Shown here in pieces: positions 28,723 to 38,236 of a DNA stretch of 64,000 bases. Position numbers and translations under genes: made by a program. Below the pieces are notes generated by a model. That model saw only the letters and a program-made list of their open reading frames with translations. It was not told the DNA's origin and did no database searches. The stretch comes from Sphingomonadaceae bacterium. GTDB taxonomy: Bacteria > Pseudomonadota > Alphaproteobacteria > Sphingomonadales > Sphingomonadaceae. How positions within the stretch are numbered: position 1 is the stretch's first letter; each line of letters begins with the position of its first letter. The DNA is taken from contig CBDHCC010000001.1 in assembly GCA_965261015.1 (NCBI GenBank), positions 1,037,873 through 1,101,872 of the forward strand. Reading direction: 5' to 3'.

Positions 28723-29027
28723 CAGCGGATCAGGTGGTCGGCGACCGCTTCGTGCAGCGGGTGATCGAACTCCAGCCCCATAACGCGCTTGCGGCACCAG
28801 ACGACGTGCGCGTCAACGGCGGCAAGACCGGGTAGTGTCAGGTTGATCCGCGCGCCGGGATGGTAGGGTCGCTGGCACAGAACGCGGCAGCCGAAGCGCG
28901 ACAGGTCACTGACCGTAGCACTCGCCGGCCCGGTGCCCAGCCCCCGCATCTCGAGCGGCACGGCGACATCCCAGCGGCGCGAGGCGCGCTTTTCCTGAAG
29001 GATGGCGTGAGCGGCGATGCGGGTCAT
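28695..29027 (-). CDS. PilZ domain protein
   Basis: EKRASRRWDVAVPLEM ... ATVSDLSRFGCRV has the RxxxR ... D/NxSxxG PilZ pattern. The start could also be 29075. Confidence 0.75.
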   Translation of the reverse strand: MTRIAAHAILQEKRASRRWDVAVPLEMRGLGTGPASATVSDLSRFGCRVLCQRPYHPGARINLTLPGLAAVDAHVVWCRKRVMGLEFDHPLHEAVADHLIRCYPAAPSAD

Positions 29028-29106
29028 AATCGGGCCGGCCTCAATGGTTCGGAGACCCGGCGAGGCTATGCTCAAACGGTTAAGAAGACGTTGCCGCTTA
29101 GGGCAC

Positions 29107-29301
29107 TTAAGGTGCGGCGATCAGCAGGTCTCGCCGTGCCGTGGCGGGCACCAGCGGCTCCAGCGTCGGATTGATCGGGTAGCGCGTTCCATCAAAGCGC
29201 AGCAGGGAAACCCCTGCCATTGCACCCCCGCCACCGACAGTGATGCCAAGATCTACCCCGTCAGAACTGTCTGTCTGAGATGATGGGCCCTCTGTACGCA
29301 T
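29107..29301 (-). CDS. Hypothetical small protein (64 aa)
   Basis: ATG preceded by GGAAAGG. No recognisable family. Lies between acnA and the PilZ gene. Confidence 0.3.
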   Translation of the reverse strand: MRTEGPSSQTDSSDGVDLGITVGGGGAMAGVSLLRFDGTRYPINPTLEPLVPATARRDLLIAAP

Positions 29302-29372
29302 GATGCCGCCTTTCCGCGTTGCCGACCGGCCTCCTCAGGCCGCGAGGCTGCGCAGGCCGGCAAGCGATCACA

Positions 29373-32051
29373 TCACCGCTGGCGGGCCAGGTTCCGCAGC
29401 ACATACTGCAGGATGCCGCCGTTGAGGTAGTATTCCAGCTCGTTCACCGTGTCGATGCGCGTCACCGTCTCGAATGTCTCGGTCGAGCCGTCCGGCCGCA
29501 TCATGGCGACCTCCACCGTTTGGCGCGGCTGAATGTCGGCGATGCCGCGGATGGTGAACGTCTCGTCGCCGGTCATCCCCAGCGTCAGTCGTGTGACGCC
29601 CTTGGCGAATTGCAGCGGCAGCACACCCATGCCGATCAGGTTCGACCGATGGATGCGCTCGTAGCTCTCCGTGATGACCGCGCGCACACCCAAGAGCAGC
29701 GTGCCCTTGGCGGCCCAGTCCCGCGACGATCCGGTGCCATATTCCTTGCCGGCGACGACCACCAGCGGCGTGCCGTCGGCCTTGTGCCGCATGGCCGCGT
29801 CGTAGATCGGCATGACCTCGCCGTTATAGCGGGTGACCCCGCCCTCGACGCCCGGCGTCATCTCGTTCCTGATGCGGATGTTCGCGAAGGTGCCGCGCAT
29901 CATCACCTCGTGATTGCCGCGCCGACTGCCGTAGCTGTTGAACTGGTCGCGGCTGACCTGATGCTCCATCAGATATCGGCCGGCCGGGCTGTCCGCCTTG
30001 ATCGATCCAGCCGGGCTGATGTGATCCGTGGTGATGGAATCGCCCAGGAGCGCCAGCAGCTTGGCGTCCACGATGTCCGCGACCGGCTCCGGCTGCATCC
30101 CCATGCCCTCGAAATACGGCGGGTTGGCGATGTAGGTGGAGCCAGCGCGCCAGGTATAGGTGTCGGACCCCTCCACCTGGATGCCGCGCCACCGCTCATC
30201 CCCTTGATACACCTGTGCGTAGCGGCGCTCGAACATGGAGCGGTCGACATTGTCGTCCACGAACTGGCGCACCTCGGCGTTGGTGGGCCAGATGTCGCGC
30301 AGGAACACGTCGGCCCCATCCTGGTCCTGCCCGATCGGGTCGTTGACCAAGTCCTCGGTCACCGTGCCCTTCATCGCGTAGGCGACGACCAGCGGCGGCG
30401 AGGCCAGGAAGTTGGCGCGGACATCGGGCGATACCCGACCCTCGAAATTGCGATTGCCGGACAGCACGGAGGCCGCGACGATGTTGTTGTCGTTAATCGC
30501 CTGTGAGATTGGGGGGGCGAGCGGCCCGGAGTTGCCGATGCAGGTCGTGCAGCCATAGCCGACCAAGTCGAAACCGACGGCGTCCAGATCCTCCTGCAGG
30601 CCGGATTTGACGAGGTAGTCGGTGACCACCTGCGACCCGGGCGCGAGGCTGGTCTTGACCCAGGGCTTGGGCTTCAAGCCCCGGGCGCGCGCCTTGCGGG
30701 CGACCAGGCCGGCGGCGATCATCACGTCGGGGTTGGACGTGTTGGTGCAGCTGGTGATCGCCGCGATCACCACGTCGCCGTCGCCGACATCGTGGTCCTT
30801 GCCCGCGACGGGCACGCGCTCATTCTCCTTTTTGTAGGTCTCGGTCAGGTCGCGGTTGAAGCTGTCGTCCACCTCGCTCAGGAACACCTTGTCCTGCGGC
30901 CGCTTCGGCCCGGCGAGCGACGGCTCGACCGTGCCCATGTCCAGCTCCAGCGTGGAGGAGAAGACCGGATCCGGCGTGTCCGCGTGCCGCCACAGGCCGT
31001 TGGCCTTGCAATAGCCCTCCACGATGGCGAGCGTCTCGTCCGACCGGCCGGTGAGGCGCAGATAGTCGATCGTCTTGCCGTCCACCGGGAAGAAGCCGCA
31101 GGTAGCACCGTATTCGGGTGCCATGTTGGCGATGGTCGCGCGGTCGGCGAGGCTGAGCGCGTCCAAGCCCGGCCCGTAGAACTCCACGAACTGTCCGACC
31201 ACGCCCTCGGCGCGCAGCATCTGCACGACGGTCAGCACCAGATCGGTCGCGGTGATGCCCTCTGCCAGCTTGCCGGTCAGCTTAAAGCCCGCGACGTCGG
31301 GCACCAGCATGGACACGGGCTGGCCCAGCATCGCCGCTTCCGCTTCAATCCCGCCCACGCCCCAACCGAGCACGCCCAAGCCATTAATCATGGTGGTGTG
31401 GCTGTCGGTGCCGACGCAGGTGTCGGGATAGGCCATAAGCGAGCCGTCCGGGCGCACGGTGGTCCACACGGCCTTGGCCGTGTTCTCCAGATTGACCTGG
31501 TGGATGATGCCGGTGCCCGGAGGCACGACCTTGAAGTCGTCGAGCGCCTTCGACCCCCATTTCAGGAACTCGTAGCGCTCGCCGTTCCGCTCATATTCCA
31601 TTTCGACATTCGCCTCGAAGGCGTGTGGCGTGCCGAACTCATCCACCATGACGGAATGGTCGATCACCAGGTGGCAAGGCACCTGCGGATTGATCTTCTG
31701 CGCATCCCCGCCGAGCTTCGTCATCGCATCGCGCATGGCGGCGAGATCGACCACGCACGGCACGCCGGTGAAGTCCTGCATCATCACGCGCGCCGGGCGA
31801 TACTGGATCTCCCGGTCGATATGGCCCTCCCTGGCCCAGTCCACCAAAGCCTGTGCGTCGTCGACCGTCGTCGTCTTGCCGTCCTCATGCCGCAGCATGT
31901 TCTCCAGCAAGACCTTGAGCGAGAATGGCAACCGGTCGATCGATCCCAGCCTGGCCGCCGCTTTGTCCAGCGAGTGGTAACGGACCGTCTTGCCGGCCGC
32001 CTCGAAAGACGAAAGGGTGTGGAGGCTGTCCAGGCTGGCGGCGTCGGTCAT
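29373..32051 (-). CDS. acnA: Aconitate hydratase A
   Basis: 892 aa with [24 protein letters not shown] and [10 protein letters not shown] Fe-S ligand motifs. Confidence 0.95.
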   Translation of the reverse strand: MTDAASLDSLHTLSSFEAAGKTVRYHSLDKAAARLGSIDRLPFSLKVLLENMLRHEDGKTTTVDDAQALVDWAREGHIDREIQYRPARVMMQDFTGVPCVVDLAAMRDAMTKLGGDAQKINPQVPCHLVIDHSVMVDEFGTPHAFEANVEMEYERNGERYEFLKWGSKALDDFKVVPPGTGIIHQVNLENTAKAVWTTVRPDGSLMAYPDTCVGTDSHTTMINGLGVLGWGVGGIEAEAAMLGQPVSMLVPDVAGFKLTGKLAEGITATDLVLTVVQMLRAEGVVGQFVEFYGPGLDALSLADRATIANMAPEYGATCGFFPVDGKTIDYLRLTGRSDETLAIVEGYCKANGLWRHADTPDPVFSSTLELDMGTVEPSLAGPKRPQDKVFLSEVDDSFNRDLTETYKKENERVPVAGKDHDVGDGDVVIAAITSCTNTSNPDVMIAAGLVARKARARGLKPKPWVKTSLAPGSQVVTDYLVKSGLQEDLDAVGFDLVGYGCTTCIGNSGPLAPPISQAINDNNIVAASVLSGNRNFEGRVSPDVRANFLASPPLVVAYAMKGTVTEDLVNDPIGQDQDGADVFLRDIWPTNAEVRQFVDDNVDRSMFERRYAQVYQGDERWRGIQVEGSDTYTWRAGSTYIANPPYFEGMGMQPEPVADIVDAKLLALLGDSITTDHISPAGSIKADSPAGRYLMEHQVSRDQFNSYGSRRGNHEVMMRGTFANIRIRNEMTPGVEGGVTRYNGEVMPIYDAAMRHKADGTPLVVVAGKEYGTGSSRDWAAKGTLLLGVRAVITESYERIHRSNLIGMGVLPLQFAKGVTRLTLGMTGDETFTIRGIADIQPRQTVEVAMMRPDGSTETFETVTRIDTVNELEYYLNGGILQYVLRNLARQR

Positions 32052-32169
32052 GTGGGTGAGGGCTCCTGCTATCGATGTCGTCGCTCCCTAGCAGCACGAA
32101 AGCGGGCAGGGGAGGTTCGGGAGGGGAACGCGTCGCGCTTAGGAAAGGGTGCGCGAGCCAAATCGCCGC

Positions 32170-33120
32170 TCAACCCTTCAACAAGCCGATCTCGATCAGC
32201 CGTTCGCGCAGATAGGCGTCTGCCGTGATGGGCTCCGGGTAGCGGTTTGGCGCGTCCGCGTTGACGCAGCCGGGCAGGGTCTCGATCAGCACATCCGAGT
32301 TGAAGTGGAGAAAGAAGGGCATGGAATAGCGGGGCTGGGCGCGGCGTTCTGGCGGGGGGTTTACGACCCGGTGGCTGGTCGACGGCAGCCGGTGGTTGCT
32401 CAAACGCTGCAGCATGTCGCCGACGTTGACCACCAGCGCACCCGCCGGCGGATCAACCGCCAGCCACTCGCCCGTCTCCCGATCCTTCAGCTCCAGCCCC
32501 GCCTCTTCCGCGCCCAGGAGCAGCGTGATGAGGTTGATGTCTTCGTGCGCGCCGGCCCGCTCGCCATCGGCATCGATTGGGATCGGCGGATAATGAAGCA
32601 GTCGCAGAATGGAGTTGCCCACGTCCACCCGGCCGTCGAACCAGTGGGGGTCGAGTTCCAGCCAGCGGGCAATCGCCGACAGCAGGCGCAGACCCACGCG
32701 GTCGAACTCCGCATAGAGCCGCTCGAGCACCGGCCGAAAGCGGGCGGGCTCGTCGGGCCACAGATTGGCGGGAAGTCCGGGCGCGCTCTGATCGGGGCGC
32801 AGTGTCCGGCCGACATGCCAGAACTCCTTCAGGTCGTGGGTCGCAGCTCCCTTCGCGATCTCCGTTCTGAAGGGCGTGTAACCGCGCTGACCGGCGAGCT
32901 CCTTCGTGTAGAAGGCCCGCTTGTCCGCGTCAGGCCTCGCGAAGAACGCGGCGGTCACGCTCCACGCCTCTTCGATCAGCGCCGGGTCGATGCCGTGATC
33001 CCGGATGACGGCGAAGCCGAAGCGCTCGAAGGAGGCGCCCAGCCGATCGGAAAACGCATCCGCATCCGCGTCGGCGGAGGCGAGCGACAGGGTGGGGACG
33101 GCTGTTCGGGTGGCGGTCAT
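32170..33120 (-). CDS. 2OG-Fe(II) oxygenase (isopenicillin N synthase-like family)
   Basis: GAHEDINLITLL ... STSHRVVNP is the HxD...H facial triad plus RxS. The ATG at 33120 (MTATRTAVPTL) is preferred. Confidence 0.8.
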   Translation of the reverse strand: MTATRTAVPTLSLASADADADAFSDRLGASFERFGFAVIRDHGIDPALIEEAWSVTAAFFARPDADKRAFYTKELAGQRGYTPFRTEIAKGAATHDLKEFWHVGRTLRPDQSAPGLPANLWPDEPARFRPVLERLYAEFDRVGLRLLSAIARWLELDPHWFDGRVDVGNSILRLLHYPPIPIDADGERAGAHEDINLITLLLGAEEAGLELKDRETGEWLAVDPPAGALVVNVGDMLQRLSNHRLPSTSHRVVNPPPERRAQPRYSMPFFLHFNSDVLIETLPGCVNADAPNRYPEPITADAYLRERLIEIGLLKG

Positions 33121-33211
33121 CAACTGTGGCCTCGATCTGCTGGCAATCGGCAACCGTCATAGCGGGGTTGAGCGGCGCTGTCGCTCGTCTCGGTGCCTTG
33201 AGCGGGAGCCG

Positions 33212-33236
33212 GGAACCGCCGCTTCTTCATAGGGTT
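33212..33236 (+). promoter_or_regulatory. Candidate EcfG (general stress sigma) promoter GGAAC-N16-GGTT
   Basis: GGAAC at 33212..33216, a 16-nt spacer, then GGTT at 33233..33236. It lies about 30 nt upstream of the ATG at 33268. The alphaproteobacterial EcfG consensus is GGAAC-N16/17-CGTT. Confidence 0.5.
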
Positions 33237-33267
33237 AAACCCACACACCAACGCAAGGACGCTGCCA

Positions 33268-33507
33268 ATGCCCGCTCATCAGCAATCCCCAGATCAGTCG
33301 CAGGCGTCCGCCGCCCCCGGCAGCGGCCCCGAGTCCGGTGCCGGCTACGGCAACAACGCCGACGCGGACATGGCGGCAGGCGATGGCGCGGCCGACAACA
33401 CCGCCACCGGCGGTGCCGAAGGCGAGGGGTCCGACGCCCCGCTGGCGGAGAGCGAGGCCGGTCCCGGCTCCACGCGTCCCGGCGCGGACGTAACCACCGA
33501 CGACTGA
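33268..33507 (+). CDS. Acidic, low-complexity (probably disordered) 79-aa protein
   Basis: AAGGA Shine-Dalgarno 9 nt upstream. Composition is rich in G, A, D, E and S. Ends 16 nt upstream of the SDR gene. Confidence 0.45.
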   Translation: MPAHQQSPDQSQASAAPGSGPESGAGYGNNADADMAAGDGAADNTATGGAEGEGSDAPLAESEAGPGSTRPGADVTTDD

Positions 33508-33522
33508 CGGAGGCCCAGTTTC

Positions 33523-34380
33523 ATGACCGACCACACCATCGCGCCCATCGCCGAAGAACCCCGGATGCCGGGGCAGGAACACGAGATGGAGCGCAAGCCC
33601 GAGTGGCAGCCTCGCTATCCGGGCTCCGGTCGCCTGACCGGAAAGGTGGCGATCGTCACCGGTGCCGACAGCGGCATCGGTCGTGCGACGGCGGTGCTGT
33701 TCGCGCGCGAAGGGGCGAACGTCGCGATCGCCTACCTGTCGGAAGATGAGGACGCGGCCGAAACGAAACGGTTGTGCGAGGCGGAGGGCGGCGAGGCGAT
33801 CACGCTGTCCGGCGATCTGGGCATCAAGGCCCATTGCGACACGGTGGTGGCCAGGACGATCGAGGCGTTCGGCCAATTGGACGTGCTGGTGAATATCGCG
33901 GGCGAACAGCATCCCGATAAGGACATCACCGACATCACGGAAGAGCAGCTGCGCCGTACCTTCCAGTCCAACATCTTCTCCATGTTCTTTCTGGTCCAGG
34001 CGGCCACGCCGCACCTGAAGTCGGGAGCGGCCATCGTGAACTGCACGTCGATCACGATGTATCAGGGCGCGTCGATCCTCCTCGACTACTCCTCCACCAA
34101 AGGCGCGATCACCGCCTTTACCCGGTCGCTGTCGGAGAGCCTGATCAAGAAGGGTGTGCGCGTGAACGGCGTGGCACCCGGCCCGATCTGGACGCCGCTC
34201 AACCCGTTTGGAGGTCAGCCGCCGGAAGAAGTGCCGTCGTTCGGCGAAAGCACGCCGATCGGCCGGGCGGGCGAGCCGAACGAGGTCGCGCCTAGCTTTC
34301 TGTTCCTGGCGTGCGACGATTCAAGTTATATGAGCGGGCAGGTGCTCCACCCCAACGGTGGTTCAGTCGTGAACGGCTGA
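33523..34380 (+). CDS. SDR family oxidoreductase (YghA / general stress protein 39-like)
   Basis: GKVAIVTGADSGIGRA Rossmann motif. 285 aa with the N-terminal extension typical of this stress-induced SDR clade. Confidence 0.85.
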   Translation: MTDHTIAPIAEEPRMPGQEHEMERKPEWQPRYPGSGRLTGKVAIVTGADSGIGRATAVLFAREGANVAIAYLSEDEDAAETKRLCEAEGGEAITLSGDLGIKAHCDTVVARTIEAFGQLDVLVNIAGEQHPDKDITDITEEQLRRTFQSNIFSMFFLVQAATPHLKSGAAIVNCTSITMYQGASILLDYSSTKGAITAFTRSLSESLIKKGVRVNGVAPGPIWTPLNPFGGQPPEEVPSFGESTPIGRAGEPNEVAPSFLFLACDDSSYMSGQVLHPNGGSVVNG

Positions 34381-34466
34381 CCTCTGTGACTTCAGGCGGG
34401 ATGCAAGACTTCGGTGGCTCGGTCATACCGCTTCTACAGAAGAGTTGCTGAGGGCAGAGCTTGATT

Positions 34467-35051
34467 TTAATTGGGCGGGGTTGATCCGGAACCGTGCTCT
34501 CGGTTCTCGAGAAAGGATCGGTAGCTGCGGTTCTTTAGGTCGGCGAGACCGAGTTCCTGCACATGGGCGAGCAGTCGCCCGGGGTTCGATCCCTCGAATG
34601 CGACGGTCCAGCGTCCGTCTGCTTCGGTCACCTCGACGCTCGTCGTCTCGCTGCGCCAACGCCGCCGATCTTTGACGACTGGCACGACGATCCAGCCGTC
34701 TCGTGCGAGTTCCGCCTGACCTCCTGGCTGATCGCCGAACGCACGGCCCAGCCAGTCAACCGCGCGCTCATGCGCCTCCGCCGTCAGCGGGAGCGGCTCG
34801 GCGAAGGGGAGGTCCCATCGCTCCAGCCGGTCCCGCGTCTCCAACAGTCGCTTGACCTCCAACCGTTCGCCGCCGCGAACTTTGGGCAACAGGGTCGGCC
34901 GGTCGGGCGGGAGCAGGTAAATGTCGGTGCGTCGTTCGCCCGCCATCCGCTCCCAATCCGTCGCTTTCTCCACCAGACGGGCGACAGCGACGGCGCGGGC
35001 CGGCGCGGGCCAGCAGCGGAATTCCCACCGTGCCCCCGTCCGGCCGCTCAT
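34467..35051 (-). CDS. Hypothetical protein (194 aa), possibly a CYTH-like beta-barrel
   Basis: The alternating pattern WEFRCW..DIYLL..LKVRGGERLEVKRL..VVKDRRRW..VEVTEADGRWTVAFEG resembles CYTH strands. The N-terminal ExExK motif is absent. Confidence 0.5.
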   Translation of the reverse strand: MSGRTGARWEFRCWPAPARAVAVARLVEKATDWERMAGERRTDIYLLPPDRPTLLPKVRGGERLEVKRLLETRDRLERWDLPFAEPLPLTAEAHERAVDWLGRAFGDQPGGQAELARDGWIVVPVVKDRRRWRSETTSVEVTEADGRWTVAFEGSNPGRLLAHVQELGLADLKNRSYRSFLENREHGSGSTPPN

Positions 35052-35061
35052 TCCGCTCGGT

Positions 35062-35328
35062 TCAAGCCTTGGACAAGTGATTCGACACGTGCTTGTTCAT
35101 TTCGAACATCGAGACTTCCTTCTTGCCGCTGAACACCTTTTGCAGCTTGTCGTCGGCGACGATCGTGCGACGGTCGCCTTCCTTCTGCAGATCGTGCTTT
35201 TTGATGTATTCCCACATCTTACTGACGACCTGACTGCGCGGCATCTCGCCCTTGCCGATCACGGCGGCGAGGTCTTCGCTGGGCTTCATCGGCTGCTGCA
35301 GCGCGTTGGGCTTCTTGGTCTCGGCCAT
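35062..35328 (-). CDS. SWIB/MDM2 domain protein (88 aa)
   Basis: PSEDLAAVIGKGEMPRSQVVSKMWEYIKKHDLQ...IVADDKLQKVF. ATG 35328 follows AAGGGAGAG. Confidence 0.85.
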   Translation of the reverse strand: MAETKKPNALQQPMKPSEDLAAVIGKGEMPRSQVVSKMWEYIKKHDLQKEGDRRTIVADDKLQKVFSGKKEVSMFEMNKHVSNHLSKA

Positions 35329-35412
35329 TTGGAACTCTCCCTTTGTCTTGAACCGCTCCTTTAGAGCGCGGCGCTGCGGGGTTGGCAAGACGCCCGGACG
35401 GCCGCGCCGGTT

Positions 35413-36534
35413 TCAGGCCGCGCGTTCCACCGTCACGCAGCCGGCGGAGTAGCCCGCGCCGAACGAACAGATCAGGCCGCGCGACCCGGCCGGCAGGTCG
35501 CTGGAATGTTCGTGGAACGCGATGATCGACCCCGCCGACGACGTGTTGGCGAACCGGTCGAGCACCGTGGGGCTCTCTTCGTCCGAGGCCTCGTGACCCA
35601 GCACCCGCGCGGCGATCAGGCGGTTCATGTTGGCGTTCGCCTGGTGCAGCCACAGTCGGTCCAGCCGGGCCGGCTCCAGCTCCAGGCGACCGAGTTCGTC
35701 CAGGATCAGCGCCGAGACCATCGGCACCACTTCCTTGAACACCTTGCGCCCCTCCTGCACGAACAGCTTGTCCGGCGCGTCCCGCGTCTCCGGCGCCGTG
35801 CGGTTGAGGAAGCCGAAATTGTTGCGGATGTTGTTCGAGAACTCCGTCTTCAGCCGGGTGCCCAGGATGTCCCAATGGCTGGCGGGCGCGATCGCCTTGT
35901 CCTCCACCAGCACGGCCGTCGCGACATCGCCGAAGATGAAGTGACTGTCGCGGTCCCGCCAGTTCAGATGGCCCGAGGTGATCTCCGGACTGACGACCAG
36001 CACCGAACGGGCGTGACCGGCGCGGACGAAATCGGCCGCGGTCTGGATGCCGAAGGTGGCGGACGAGCAGGCCACGTTCATGTCGAACGCGAAGCCGCCG
36101 GCGCCCAGCGCCTGCTGCACTTCGATGGCGATGGCGGGGTAGGCGCGCTGGAGGTTGGAACAGGCGCACACCACCGCGTCGACCGCGTCGGGTGACCGGC
36201 CGGCCCGCTCCAGCGCCTGAGTGGCCGCGGCGACCGCGATCTCGGCCGACAGCGACAGCTCGTCGTCCCCCCGCTCCGCCAGGCGCGGCGCCATCACCTG
36301 CGGGTCCAGCACGCCCGCCTTGTCCAAGACATGGCGCGCCTGGATGCCCGACGCCTTCTCGATGAAGCCGGTCGAACTCATTTCCAGCGCGGCCACGCTC
36401 CCGTCCGCGATGGCGGCGGCGTTGCGGGCGTTTTCCTGCGTGGCGTAGGCGTTGTAGCTTTCGACCAGCTCCTCGTTGGTGATCACGTGCGGAGGCGTGA
36501 ACAGACCGGTGGAGGAGATGACGGGAGTGGGCAT
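35413..36534 (-). CDS. Beta-ketoacyl-ACP synthase III family protein (FabH-like, 373 aa)
   Basis: NVACSSATFG is the active-site Cys, with the WLHQANANMN ... GAGYSAG His/Asn region. Confidence 0.85.
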   Translation of the reverse strand: MPTPVISSTGLFTPPHVITNEELVESYNAYATQENARNAAAIADGSVAALEMSSTGFIEKASGIQARHVLDKAGVLDPQVMAPRLAERGDDELSLSAEIAVAAATQALERAGRSPDAVDAVVCACSNLQRAYPAIAIEVQQALGAGGFAFDMNVACSSATFGIQTAADFVRAGHARSVLVVSPEITSGHLNWRDRDSHFIFGDVATAVLVEDKAIAPASHWDILGTRLKTEFSNNIRNNFGFLNRTAPETRDAPDKLFVQEGRKVFKEVVPMVSALILDELGRLELEPARLDRLWLHQANANMNRLIAARVLGHEASDEESPTVLDRFANTSSAGSIIAFHEHSSDLPAGSRGLICSFGAGYSAGCVTVERAA

Positions 36535-36817
36535 GGGCGCGGCGGTCCATTGGGAAAGGGGTGCGACGGTCTAGCGAATGGGTCGGACCGCGCCAAGGCG
36601 GGCCGATCGGCGGCGAGACCTCGCGGTCAATCAGGACGGGCAGCCGCCGCCCGAAGGTGGGCGATCGACCGGGGGCGCGCCCTGGCCGCGGCGGCCCAGG
36701 CGGGCGGGCCGTATCAGGCGTCCACGGACTCCGCCTCGTATGGGCCGGCCCGCGCCTGGGCCGCGACGAACGGCCCGGCGACCAGCCCGGCGATCGCCAG
36801 CGGTCGCGCGGACCGGA

Positions 36818-37249
36818 TCACGCGAAGCCGCCGTCCACCGGTTCGTCCGCCTCGCAGCGGATCAGGCGGCTGTCGGCCACCGCCGCCTGGCGGTGCACGA
36901 CGGCGCGGCGATAGGCCTCGTCCGTCACCATCTCCAGGAACGCCGCGGCGGTCGGATAGCGCGCCACGAAGGCGGCGTCCCACGCCTCGTCCGTCGGGCC
37001 GATCAGGGTGAGCCGGGGCGCGCCGCGCCACAGGATCGTGCCGCCGACCCGCGCGAAGACCGGCCCGCTCTCTCGCCCGTAAAGGCGGTAGGCGTCGGCC
37101 CCGCTCAGCCCCTCGGCGGACCGCGGGTGGTCGTCGGGATAGGCGGCGCGGTCGCGATAGCGGATCAGGTTCAGCATCGCGATGGGCCGGTCGCGGGGCA
37201 GCGCCTTGAAGGCGTCGAACGCCGCGCGTTCCGGGTCCAGATGGGTCAC
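36818..37249 (-). CDS. DUF1330 domain protein
   Basis: 143 aa containing IAMLNLIRYRDRAAYP, typical of DUF1330. Confidence 0.75.
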   Translation of the reverse strand: MTHLDPERAAFDAFKALPRDRPIAMLNLIRYRDRAAYPDDHPRSAEGLSGADAYRLYGRESGPVFARVGGTILWRGAPRLTLIGPTDEAWDAAFVARYPTAAAFLEMVTDEAYRRAVVHRQAAVADSRLIRCEADEPVDGGFA

Positions 37250-38073
37250 GCCGTCGCCTCCAGCCGCTCGGCATAGCCCGACGCCACCAGCGCCTCCAGC
37301 TGGTCGAAGGCGGCGTCCGGGTCGGTGCGGCGCAGGCGCGCCAGCCCCTCTTCCTCCGGGCCCTTGGTGAGCACCAGTTCGCGGGTGCCCGCCGCCAGCG
37401 CGTCGGCGATGCGGGTGGCGGCGACGGCGGGGTCCAGGCCGTTGTCGATCGCCACGTCGCTCTTGCCCCGCGCAGTCCCGTCCGGCCCCAGCGCGTTGCG
37501 GCTGACGTCCGTCGCGACCGATCCCGGCGCCACCACCAGCACGCGCAGGCCCCGGTGCGCCAGTTCGGCGCGCACCGCGTCGTGATAGCCGATCAGCCCG
37601 TGCTTGGCGGCGGAGTAGGCGGAGCGCAGCGGGATGCCGGCGATCCCGGCCACGCTGCTGATCGCCACCAGCTGCCCCCCGCCGGCGTCCACCATGCGGG
37701 GCAGGTTGGCCTGGGTGAGCGCGATCGGGGCCATCAGGTCGACCGCCACGATCCGCTCGTACACGCTCCAGTCCGTGTCGAGCGCCAGGCTACGCTGCGA
37801 GATGCCGGCGTTGTTGACCAGCCCGTCCACCCGCCCGCGCCAGCCCCAGGCGGCGGCCGTCACGCCGGGCAGCGCGGCCAGGTCCGTCGCCTCGAACGGC
37901 AGGATCAGGTTGGCGGCCCCCAGCGCCTTCGCGTCCGCCGCCACCGCCGTCAGCGCGTCCTCGTTGCGGCCGGACAGGATCAGCGCCGCGCCGCGCCGCG
38001 CCAGTTCCCGAGCCAGCGCCGCGCCGATGCCGGACGACGCGCCCGTGATCCACCAGGTCTTGCCTTCGAACAC
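37246..38073 (-). CDS. SDR family oxidoreductase
   Basis: GTG at 38073 preceded by GGGGGAGGA, followed by VFEGKTWWITGASSGIGAALAREL. The track ORF 37246..39495 is an artefactual read-through fusion. Confidence 0.85.
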   Translation of the reverse strand: MFEGKTWWITGASSGIGAALARELARRGAALILSGRNEDALTAVAADAKALGAANLILPFEATDLAALPGVTAAAWGWRGRVDGLVNNAGISQRSLALDTDWSVYERIVAVDLMAPIALTQANLPRMVDAGGGQLVAISSVAGIAGIPLRSAYSAAKHGLIGYHDAVRAELAHRGLRVLVVAPGSVATDVSRNALGPDGTARGKSDVAIDNGLDPAVAATRIADALAAGTRELVLTKGPEEEGLARLRRTDPDAAFDQLEALVASGYAERLEATA

Positions 38074-38148
38074 CGCCCGTCCTCCCCCATCTTTCGCCGC
38101 AATGGAGCATGGGGCGCGGGGCGGCGCAAGGGGGTGGAGGGCGGTTCG

Positions 38149-38198
38149 GGGATCGGCGGAAAACCGCCAAAGGTCCCTCCAGAGTCGCTCCACTGCGC
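38149..38198 (-). repeat. Repeat family B, copy 2, ending 75 nt upstream of the SDR start and sense-oriented to it
   Basis: The reverse complement is GCGCAGTGGAGCGACTCTGGAGGGACCTTTGGCGGTTTTCCGCCGATCCC. It matches 14835..14884 at 44 of 50 positions. Confidence 0.8.
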
Positions 38199-38236
38199 GC
38201 GCGTGCGAGGGCGCGCGCGCGAGGGACGGGGTCGGA

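Noticed and set aside
29300-29372. Nested GC-rich hairpin (TTGCCGACCGGCCT...AGGCCGGCAA) after acnA as a terminator
   Set aside because: The stem is imperfect, with alternative pairings and no T-tract. It is plausible, but I cannot support it by eye alone.
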